Assembly (NCBI RefSeq): GCF_006345805.1
Contig: NW_021833034.1
Span: forward strand, 24,754 to 88,753
Source of the DNA: Octopus sinensis
Taxonomy: Eukaryota
Length of the DNA stretch: 64,000 bases
Reading direction: 5' to 3'
Position 1 is the stretch's first letter. Every line of letters begins with the position of its first letter. Shown piece by piece: positions 37,523 to 48,239 of this stretch. A program made the position numbers and the translations under genes. The notes beneath the pieces were generated by a model that saw nothing but the letters and a program-made list of their open reading frames with translations, did no database searches and was not told where the DNA came from.

Positions 37523-38795
37523 CGTCTATGTTTAGTTAGTGTGTGTGTGGGGGGGGATGCCTGTAATATTTGTATCTTCTGTTTATATACGTTCATGTAA
37601 TTTGGTTTTTTTTTTTTCATTTTTTTCATGTTTACATCCACTTATTATTATTATCATTATTATTATTATTATTACGTATGCTTGTATGTATGTATGTATA
37701 ACAACAATACTAGTAATAACAATAATAATAATAATAATAAAACATTAAAAAAAAAATTTTTAATTAAAAAATTTTTTAAATCTTTTAAATTAAAAAAAAA
37801 CCTATATAGCTATTTATTTCTATTTGTTCATTTATCTGTGTATTTTATTTATTATGTTTTCGGTTTTGTTTATACTGTAACCAGTTTATGGGGATCCTTT
37901 TCTGTCATATGTTGTGGTGTGTGCTAGTGTTCCATTCCAGTTTCCTATTCAGGCTAGGTTTATCTTCTGTTATGTGTGTAGCTTCTGTAATTTGTCTGAT
38001 TGTTGCATCTGTTCTATTGTGGACAAGATTTTAACCTCTATTGTTGTTGATTGATCTCCTGTGTTTCTGCTCAGTGTGTTGGTAAATGTACATTTACCCA
38101 CTCTCCTATGCTTCGTGCTGTTTCCCCTACGTATGTTGTTGTCTTGTTACTGCATCGTCCCTCTATACATCTTATACTATAGACTACATTTCTGGCTTTA
38201 CAGTTTGTTTGTGGGCTAAATCTACACACAGTACAGTATCTATCCGTACAGGGGGTTCTACTAAAAGGGGATCAATCAACAACAATAGAGGTTAAAATCT
38301 TGTCCACAAATAGAACGGATGCAACAATCAGACAAATTACAGAAGCTACACACATAACAGAAGATAAACCTAGCCTGAATAGGAAACTGGAATGGAACAC
38401 TAGCACACACCACAACATATGACAGAAAAGGATCCCCATAAACTGGTTACAGTATAAACAAAACCGAAAACATAATAAATAAAATACACAGATAAATGAA
38501 CAAATAGAAATAAATAACTATATAGGTTTTTTTTAAATTTAAAAGATTTAAAAAATTTTTTAAATTTATTATTTTTTTTAAATGTTTTAATATTATTATT
38601 ATTGTTATTACTAGTATTGTTGTTATACATACATACATACAAGCATACGTAATAATAATAATAATAATGATAATAATAATAAGTGGATGTAAACATGAAC
38701 AAAATGAAAAAAAAAACAAATTACATGAACGTATATAAACAGAAGATACAAATATTACAGGCATCCCCCCCCACACACTAAATAAACATAAACGC
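37523..38795. repeat. Long inverted repeat (arms ~37523-38059 and ~38267-38795, spacer ~207 bp)
   Basis: The arms are reverse complements; mirror ORFs 37628(+) and 38400-38702(-) encode nearly the same peptide. Confidence 0.92.
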
Positions 38796-38895
38796 ACATA
38801 GAGATATAAGCATGCGCAAATGAAGACATACAATAGAAATACAAAATGGCTGATGGTTAGTAAGGAGAGACACAAATAAGAAAGAAGAAAGCAAA

Positions 38896-38940
38896 GGACC
38901 ACTGATGCGGTCACAGGAGTGTGACGAAAGAACTCTGGCC
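38896..38940 (+). ncRNA. Degenerate minimal type I hammerhead motif (Penelope-like)
   Basis: gg(a)cca CTGATGc g GTCACA-ggag-TGTGAC GAAA gaac TC tggcc. Stems I and II are present; the core A9 is substituted. Confidence 0.45.
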
Positions 38941-39126
38941 GAAATAAGATTAAGATTAATGTAAAAAATAAATAACACTGAAGCAAAGTAACACCAAATA
39001 TATAGTGTGTGTGTTTTTATAGGCTAAACTGGCAAAATGACCATTCCTAAATATAACAATAATATAATCAGTGATGTTTAATAGAGAAGACACCATAATA
39101 TTCATATCAATAAACAAATTGTTTAC

Positions 39127-39181
39127 CTTTTGAATGAAATTCTTCACTTTCCTGTTTACTTAGGAGATATTCATCAAATTT
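39127..39181 (-). CDS. PARP14: Macro-PARP exon D' (last helix of macrodomain module 2)
   Basis: Acceptor tttttacag, donor gtaaac, 55 nt, phase 0->1, KFDEYLLSKQESEEFHSK. Joins exon A in frame (G+AC = Asp). Confidence 0.75.
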
Positions 39182-39939
39182 CTGTAAAAATCAAAACCAT
39201 GATTATCATTTTTGTTTAAGTTTTTGATTTTTTTTAAAGAGAAGAGATTTAATTTAACAAAAGACAAACAAAATATTTAAAATATTTAATGATTTATTTC
39301 TAATCAGTAATAAGTAAATGAGGAAAATTACTTTTATCACTCAGATCAAAGATATTCCATCCATGGCCTTCCAGTCTACTGGGAGACATGGTATTATAGT
39401 GGATGTGGCAGAAAGACCTCTCACATGGCCACTGATGTGGTGTAGTGAAGTTAAACATGTGGCCATGGTGTATTCATGTAGCTGAAGTTGTATTGTTTCT
39501 TCTCTCCACTCACCATTCTGATTAAAACTGCTGAGTCTTGTGTTTGCTGTTGAAATGTCTATCAAGAATGTTGAAGTTGAGGTTCTTTGGTGCATCTTGT
39601 GTCCCAAGAATATTTGCGGCACAAAAGCAGAGTACAAGGTTATTATTTTCATATTGTAAGCAAGAAGGAGGAGGTGGAGGAGGTCCAACATCTCTCTTAT
39701 GGTCATTCATAAGAGAGATGACAAAGGAAAAGAGAAAAGATTCAAAAAGAATGAACTTCACAAACAGTTCTACAGTGGACAGGAATTTCCCCTATTTCTT
39801 TATTACAGCATATGGACATAAAGAATGCCTTTTGGTATTAACACTGCTTCTGTTGCTATTAATTATCTTTAATAAGCCTTCAGGCTATTTGTGACATCAG
39901 TGTCTATATATCGTTGACACAGAGATTTGACTGTTATGT

Positions 39940-40015
39940 TGCTACAGGGCGTCTGTCACTGATGAACCTGAGCAGAGCGAAAATACGTGATCTGGCAGTT
40001 TTGGTGCCTGTAGCA
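39940..40015 (+). ncRNA. Degenerate type I hammerhead ribozyme with extended stem I
   Basis: TGCTACAGG..CTGTCA CTGATGA acctgagcagagc GAAA atacgtga TC TGGCAG..CCTGTAGCA. Intact core boxes, AUC triplet, a 6-bp proximal and 9-bp distal stem I; stems II and III are imperfect. Confidence 0.6.
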
Positions 40016-40589
40016 GATGACTGACATCTACCAACAATATAAATATGAGTGCTTTTATGGACCGTGTGTCCATATGAGAGGGCCTCTCAAGGTAAATAAG
40101 GCAGTATTTGGTGTTCTAACACAACATCCACATTTAGTTGGACATAAAGATTGCTTCTTGTTACTAATGCTGCTTCTGTTGCTATTACTTTTATTTCCTT
40201 GATTTAGGTTCAGTCCATCTGTCCGTCCATCAATCCATCGATCCATCCATCCATCAATCTGATTGGCTATTGTTTGCATCGTCTCACATAAGTTCATATA
40301 TTTATGTATTTATGCATATATGTATATATTTTTGCCAGAAAGGTGCCTAACAACATCTGCTTGCTATGAGTGAAGCTTGCTTGAAAATTAGCCCATTAAG
40401 GGTGAATTTTCATATTGCAAAATCTTATCTCATAAACATTTTCATCTGTCTGGGAAACATACATGGACAGTGCAGCTAACACTATCAGCGTTCCTGTGTT
40501 CCAGTTAGAAGTGGAATTTCTACCATACCGACCACTTTGAAGAAAAAAGAAAACATTGATGCACTCACACACACACACACACACATATG

Positions 40590-43500
40590 AACAACAATAC
40601 GCATAGTGACACAAGCTTTCCTTCCAAACAAATGGGAAGGGAAGGCAAAGAGATGAACGGTGCAACCACCTCTATTATCTCTCCTTTTACTACCACTGTT
40701 ACAAAAACCACTACCACCAGCAACACTACAGTTGACAGACCGAATAACTTTGCAGCTATTTTAAGACAAAAAAAGACAGTGAATGTCCTTCTCACAGAAG
40801 AACTACTACAATGCAAAAAGTTATTAAACAAAGAAAATAGGAGTATAAACCTCAACACCCCAGAAAGCATTTTGCAGGACAAAATCTAAAATAAACAATA
40901 ATATATAAAACCCTAAACATAAAGATTAAAAAACTAGAACAAGCCACTCAACAAACAGTAAAGAACTGTCTACGGCCCGTATGGGCTTATGAAACATATA
41001 TCACAAGGGGCAAAAGATTTACCACCATCCAGGTAGGATTTGACATGGAGGAGCGCATGAAAGGTTTCTCAGGGAAATTCCTCAAATGAGAGGACTTGAT
41101 AATGATTCCCACTTACCTTGGTTGTCGGGTGATGAAGGTGAGACACAAAGATGTCCCCTCTGAGATACAAATAAGATGGCTGGTGTCAGCTGTCAGTTAT
41201 GATTTTGAAGAAAATTTAAACATATTTAAAATTGCTGTCCTGGAACAGCAAAACTGGGTTGGATGAGGGGTAGAGCTTGTAATCCAAACAAATCAGGAGA
41301 CAATTGAAATTCTCCCAGATTTAATAAAGCTACTGGATGGCATGAACCTAAATGTCACCATCGAGGGCAGAAGGCCACGTTGCTACCTTTGTGGTAGCAA
41401 ACACCATTTAAAAATTGACTACAAATTGGCAAAACAACAACAACAACAAGACCAGAGTCCCAAGAGCAAACCAGCACTGTTACCCACACCACCATCAATA
41501 CAAAAAATGAAGCAGTTCCACGAACAGATGAAAGAACTCCACAAAACAACCCACCAACTTAGCCAACCTAAGCAGTCAATGCCGCCTCTCTACCCCAATG
41601 CAGAAGAGAGATTTCAAAAATATCTCCCGGAAAAACTATATAAAAACCTCCTGACAGAAACGTCTAAGGAGGAAAGCAACCAACTTTCAAACAGTAAGTG
41701 ACTCTCTCTCTCTCTCCCTCCTTTTCCTTTTTTTCCCTGAGTGTAAAACACAAGTTTCGTTAATGTCATGTTCAAAATAGGTAGTGCAAATGTGCATAGC
41801 TTGGTATCCCTTTGGAAACAAGGTTACCTGTTAAATGAGATGAAATCACAAAATGTAGATATCATAGCTATTGGCGAGACCAGACTCCACAACCCATGGG
41901 CCCTCGGCCCCATGTTCACCAGACAATTTGATATTTACTTTTCTCTGTGTCTGCCAAGAATGGGCAGCGGTGGTACTATGGTGCCTTTTCAAAAGAGTCT
42001 GAATCTGAAAGTAAGGGCAATATTCCCTGACCCAGAGGGTAGGCTGGTTGTCTTGGATGCCCATAGCAGTTATGAATGTGCTTTTCGACTGGTGGCAGTA
42101 TACACACCGTCCTTATCAGGTTGGCCAGATTTCTTTCAATGTCTACAGGTTTTCCTGAGTATGTCTCAACTTTTACCTTTAGTGGTGGACTGGAACACTA
42201 TCTTGAACACGTGCCAAAGACCTTCTCAGATGTTTCCAACAGTCTGACAGGTACCGACAGGTTGGCCCTCAACTAACACTTCAATGTCAAACACAAAGGG
42301 TGCGTTGGCAGGGCTAGGATGTGTGCTCTAAGAAACGAAGGTGTTGGAGCTGTGCAAGAGGCCCAGGTGGCAGAGGGCAACAGGGCAACAAAGCCACCAT
42401 TCGGTCTCTGATGGATGAACATGGGTGCAAATTACTCGAGCCCAGTAAAATGTGTGATGCCTTTCAGCAGTACTTTACCTGACTGTTTGGGATATGTGGT
42501 GAGTCATAACACAGTATAGACTTTAGTGCCTATCTGCATGTCCTGCCACAACTCTCGGAAAGAGAAGCAGAGTGTTGTGAAGGTTTCATCACAGCTGCTG
42601 ATGTACAGAATTTGATGGCAGGCTGCGTGAGAGACATGTTGGTGGGCTTGGGTGGTCTGCCCTACATGCTTGTAGCATGGCTCGGTGATATCCTCACTGT
42701 TTGAGAGAGATCATAGAAATGATGTCGTGTTAGATAGCAGCCAGCCTACGGCTACATGGAACTGGTTGTGTCCACTGCCCTGATTGGTTGGTTTTGATGC
42801 AGTCTTATTTCGTGCCAGTGTGTAAACCAACCAATCACGGCCTTTGGATAGGGTCCCATGACACAGTCTTTTGGGTTTTCACTCTTGCTTTAAAAGACGT
42901 CATCAATTCACTATATCTCGTCTTTGGTCTTCAACCACTGACTACAACCAGACCAGCCAGTTCCCACGACTCAACCAGTTCCAGCGACTTCAGCCACGTT
43001 CTTGTGATGACACCAACATGCAGTATCTCAGGAGGTTTTCCACCACCGTCGCCTTTAAGGTGACCGTGCATCATTTAAAAAGAGACATTTCTGTCACCAT
43101 CTCCTTTACGTATGGTTGTCACTACATTCTTTATTGTCATATGCCAGACTTGTTTGGGGATCTCTACTGCAATTGGCAGCAAAATGGGAGTACCCTGAGT
43201 TTTGTGAACTGAGGAGCAGTGACACTGCTAAAGAAAGACCCAAACAAGGGGGATGTTATACATAATTTCAGGTCCATCACTCTGTTCAATGCAGATTTGA
43301 AAATTTTGGCCAAAGTGCAAGCCAAGAGGTTGGCACTTGTCATGGAGAAACTGGTCAACAAGGCACAAACATGCACCATGCCAGGCAAAAGCATCCATGA
43401 TAACCTCCACTCGTGCGCTACATCACAGACAGGGTAGTTATGGAAACTGGCATGGGTGGGGCACTGATCAATTTGGATCAATCAAAAGTTTTCAATAGGC

Positions 43501-45090
43501 TCAGCCATTGATACTTGGTGGCTGTTCTCAAGGCAGCTGGTTTCAGTTCTGTCATCCGCGGTTGGATTGCTGCTTTATACAGCAGCATCCACTCGGTAGT
43601 TCAAGTGAATGGCCATCTGTCCAAACCCTTTGACATTATGTTTTCAGTTTATCAGGGATGTCCCCTCTTGTCACTTCTGTATGTATTGACTCTTGAGCCA
43701 CTACTGTGGAAGCTGGTGATGCTGAGGGGCATCCCGCAAGAACTGGGATATGGCACGTGTATGTTTGTATATGTGGACGATGTCACTGTCAATAGTGTCA
43801 AGCCTCAGACGCATTGACCTGGTTGGCAAGACGCTAAGGGAGTACGAATCAGTAACAGGAGATAAAATTAACCGGGATAAGTCAGTGGGTTTGTGTCTCA
43901 GCACCTGGAGAAGCAAACCCATGCTGTCCAGCAGTCTTCATCATGGGATGCTTGACTGATGAACCAGTTAAATTGCTTGGTGTTTGGTTTGGTCCAGAAC
44001 TCCAAATGGAGAACTGGGATGAGATAATGAGAAGAGTGGTCACTCTCACCCAGCTATGGGCTGAGAGGAAGCTATCTCTAAAAGGTCGGGCTGAGGAGGA
44101 AAATGTGTACATCACATCAGTCATCTACTGCTGTCTGACCATCTTACCTTGTCCTGATGCTACCAGCATGAAAATGGAATGTATACTCTTCCACTTTCTG
44201 CGGAAGGGAAATGTTTCTATGGTCAAGTGATCCATTTACTGTCAGCACCTGCTAAATGGAGAGCTGGGTATGCCATGGTTAATAATGTACAGACATGTGC
44301 TGAAACTGCAACATTTCCAGTGTTTAATTGACAATGGTGACCAGGTGTGGTCACCGTTTGTGAGACATATCTTCCTGCAGCTCGTCTCTTTCATCATTGA
44401 TCAAGCAGAAACTGAGACTGGGCAAATGGCATCGTGGGTGTCACCTAGCTCCGGAACAGCTTTGCTGTCCAGGTTCAGGTATAAATAACTTCAAATCCAC
44501 TCAGGTGTTCTTTAGAGGACTAGTGGAGGGGAGGTACTATGATGTGCTTGGGGAGAATCTGGACATCGACAGGGAACACCTGACCTGTTTCTTCAGGACC
44601 ACTTTCAGGCCAGGACCTATGGACAATTTCCAGAGATTGTTGGCCTGGCAGTGCTACCAGGAAGCATTGCTTGTTTGAGAGAAGGTCTACAGACACGGTT
44701 CAAGAAACACCGAACTGACCTGCCTGAGATGCGGTCAGAATGATGAAACTGTTCTGAACACACTCATACAGTGTCCACATATTTGTCAGCTGAGTCTATC
44801 CTGAATATTGCTCTGCCACCTTTCATTTTACTGGGTGGGCAAGGCAGTTTTCGTCGTATTGGTGGCTATTGTGTGAAAGAATGTGTGTGGTGGACTCGTT
44901 TGAAAGGTTTAGAAACAAATACTTCCTCTCTGACCAATCTCTCATCAACTGTTTCAGGTATTACTTGAAAAAAAGGAAAGTAAGAGCAGAGAGGGAATTT
45001 GTCTAATGAAAGATTTAATAAAAGGTGGGTGAATGTAGCAAAAAGGTATGCATGAATGACGGAACCAATTTGAGCCTTAACTTGTAAAAC
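40590..45090 (+). mobile_element. Tx1/L1-clade LINE, ORF1 + ORF2 with internal deletion, decayed
   Basis: ORF1 has a Thr-rich N-terminus and a CYLCGSKHH knuckle. ORF2 starts MFKIGSANV..IAIGETRL (APE), followed by RT motifs NFRSITLFNADLKILAK, QGCPLLS and YVDDV. Confidence 0.8.
42671..43126. mobile_element. TGT..ACA insertion in the L1 ORF2, with non-matching ends
   Basis: Interrupts the conserved LPYELYC coding segment. The left end matches the 45574 MITE TIR; the right end reads TGTAGTGAC on the minus strand. Possible 4-bp TSD tgct/ttct. Confidence 0.55.
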
Positions 45091-45372
45091 AAAGAGAGAG
45101 AGGGCAATTTGCTCTCATAGAAATTTTCCTTTTGCTGAGGTTACCATGGTTATTTTTCATAGGATTTTCTTTCCATGGATAACTCTAGTCAGTGTTATAT
45201 TTCCTCCTCCTGTTGGGAATTCAAATTGTTAAGAAAAGATGCCACCTTGTTATCTATTTCTGCACACGCCCCCCAAATGTGTTCTTTTTTCAATCTCTTT
45301 TGATCAATTTTGCAAAAGAAAAAATCTACATTGTATTGTTTCCTCTGTGTTAAGTCCTGTTTGACTAAATAA

Positions 45373-45385
45373 ATCTATCTATCTA

Positions 45386-45423
<38 letters not shown>

Positions 45424-45548
45424 CCTACCTACATACCTATCTATCTATCTACCTACCTATCTATCTATCTATCTATCAATCTATCAATCTATCTGTCTTT
45501 CTGTCTGTCCGTCTTTTCGTCCGTCCATCCATCCATTCATCCATCTAT
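45373..45548 (+). repeat. (CTAT/CTGT/CCAT)n tetranucleotide array
   Basis: Direct reading of the sequence. Confidence 0.9.
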
Positions 45549-45573
45549 GTGTTGTTGTATCAGCTTTTAAGGT

Positions 45574-45813
45574 TGTAGCGTAGCTCAGTGATATCCTCAC
45601 TGTTTGAGAGAAATCATAGAATGCTTGGGACCGGTTGTGTGCTGCCCTGATTGGTTGGTTTTGTGCAGTTTCATTTTGCGCCTGTGTGTAAGCCAACCAA
45701 TTAGAGCAGCGGACACACACAGTCCCAAGCAGCCATTGGCTGGCTGCTATCTAACACGACATCATTTCTATGATTTCTCTCAAACAGTGAGGATATCACT
45801 GAGTTATGCTACA
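45574..45813. mobile_element. MITE with ~48-bp TIRs, TGT..ACA ends and 4-bp TSD (Ginger-like)
   Basis: TIR tgtagcgtagctcagtgatatcctcactgtttgagagaaatcatagaa with its reverse complement at ~45766-45813; TSD AGGT at 45570-45573 and 45814-45817. Confidence 0.85.
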
Positions 45814-46248
45814 AGGTAATCGCTTTTTCTACCGTTTATTGAATAAGTTTTGTTTACATTTTCGTACACGAGATGTGTAAGGCACCCAGCTTTCATCTGG
45901 GTGCATTTCCAAGGGGGAATTTGCCCCTAGGGGCAATTTCAGCCCTATTTTAATATCTAATTTGCTTTCTCAAGTTTTATAAATGTCGAGAAATCTATCT
46001 GTCATCTGACATTTTCGTGTCATCGGCATTTTTCATTGAACAAGCTTTGTCTACATTATTGCATTGGAGGTGTGTGAAGCACCCAGCTTTCATTTGGGTA
46101 ATTTTAAGGGTAGAATTGGCCCCTAGGCGCAGTTTCAGAACTACTTTAGTATCCAGTCTTCTTTCTCAATTTTATGGAGCGCTGGTTGGCATCCTTCATG
46201 AATGAACATTTTCCTAGCCTGGGAATGATGGAAGAAATAAAGAATGAA

Positions 46249-46279
<31 letters not shown>

Positions 46280-46280
<1 letters not shown>

Positions 46281-47870
46281 GCTAAAGTAAGCACTGTTAC
46301 AGCAACAAATGTAAAAGATGGAAAAGAAATTGCTGTCAACACCATGAATACTAATTCCACAATCGTTAACAGCCCTGTCATCACCACCACCACCAAGACT
46401 ACCACGTCTACCACTGCCACCACCACAACAACCCTTAATAACAACAGCAACAACAACAACACTATCGCTACAATTGTGCCTATTGATTCCATAAACTGAT
46501 TATCTCACCTATTACTGGTGAAGATCTTAATACTATTAATAAAAATATACCATCCACTGTTTCTACTATCACCACTACAAACATTACCACCACCAACAAC
46601 AACAAAAAGAGCACCATGGTTGCTAAACCAATTGCTCCAAGCAATGCCTGTACACCATCAACTAAAACTATTGACGCCAATTTTGCCTGCAACAATCGCC
46701 AACACCATCACCAACAACAATACAAAGAAAAATTCAATAAATTTTGTAGATATGTTAAAGCATCATCATCATCATCATCATCATTTAGCGTCCGCTTTCC
46801 ATGCTAGCATGGGTTGGACGGTTTAACTGGGGTCTGTGAAGCCGGAAGGCTTCATTAGGCCCAGTTAGATTTTGCAGTGTTTCTACGGCTGGATGCCCTT
46901 CCTAACGCCAACCACTTCGCGAGTGTAGTGGGTGTTTTTTACGTGCCACCTGCACAGGTGCCAGACAGAGCTGGCACAACGGCCACAAACGGATGGTGCT
47001 TTTACGTGTCACCGGCACGGGGCCAGGCGATGCTGGCAACGGACACGAACGGATGGTGCTTTTACGTGCCACCAACACGGGGCCAGACAGAGCTGGCAAA
47101 CGGCCACGAGCGAATGGTGCTTTTACGTATCACCGACACGGGTGCCAGACGAGGCTGGCAGCGGACACGGATATATGATTTGATTTTGATTGTTCTCACT
47201 GGTCTTGCCGGGTCTTCTCACGCACAGCATACTTCCACAGGTCTCGGTCTCTGGTCATTTCCTTGGTGAGACCTAGAGTTCGAAGGTCGTGCTGAAGGAA
47301 ATTGTACATTCACAAATGAAGAATTACTTGAGACCAGGTCACTCTTCACAACATCTGGACAAAACTTAATCTTATACACACCACAACACATTAGAGAGGA
47401 CGTTGAAAAAAGGACAATTATGTACAAAATAATTAAAAGAAACCCCAAATCAACAGAACAAGTTGCACAAACAGCTATAGAAAAATGTGCTAAACTCATA
47501 ATGAAAATCAAAGAATATATAAACTGGGGTCCCCATATAATATCGTGCAGGTCCACTTCCACAATCAGGAAGAGGTAAAACAGCATTCTACACAACCATT
47601 ACAAAATGATGAACTTGTCATGGTCTCATACTACATGGGACAAAGAGTCAGCAGGATAAAAATAAAGAATGTCCCACCCGAAATTGAATCAAAATGGATC
47701 ATGTCAGCGATATGTTTTCATTTGAAAACAATAAACCTTATAGAAATCGCTGTTTCTCATAATGAAAATTGGACCGGCAGATCAATTGAAATCACAATTC
47801 AAATGGACCAAGATTCAATCGAAAAATTGTTAAATGTGATCCAACTTGATGGAAGGGAAAAAACTGCGTT
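46280..47870 (+). mobile_element. Tx1/L1-like ORF1 fragment interrupted by an RTE 3' piece (~46760-47295, minus)
   Basis: Thr/Asn-rich start, then KRTIMYKI..QVHFH..YYMGQRVSRIKIKNVPPEI, homologous to the ORF1s at 40590 and 51870. Confidence 0.65.
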
Positions 47871-48239
47871 GCTATTACTACTGCTGCTATCAGAATTTAC
47901 TGCTGCTGCTACTACCGCTGTCTGAATTATACCGGTGGCACCAATGAAAAATCCCTTTCTTTCTCTGCGTTGGGAGAAAAGAGAATTTACAGTAAAAACA
48001 AACCCTCAGCCCTCCCTCCACGTCAAATGATATTTAACTGTGTGGAATCTCCCTAACAAGTGTGTGCATTATAAACACACCAACCATTGACTCCTTACAT
48101 CTCTTGATTACACATATAATTGCATCTTGTATACACACATACAATGGGGAAAGTGAAAACAGTTAACAGCAATAACAACAACAAATAATATCTTATTTAT
48201 CTCCCTAACAAGTGCTATATCTTCAGTTTTTTCTTTCTT

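Noticed and set aside
46930-47165. ~60-bp repeated units resembling a CRISPR array (also 21600-21850, 29200-29450)
   Set aside because: The units are wholly homologous tandem repeats inside the RTE 3' UTR. There are no unique spacers and no cas genes, and the context is eukaryotic.
48047-48214. 16-bp direct repeat atctccctaacaagtg flanking ~136 bp
   Set aside because: It could be the TSD of a small insertion, but no element ends or tail could be identified, so it was not called.
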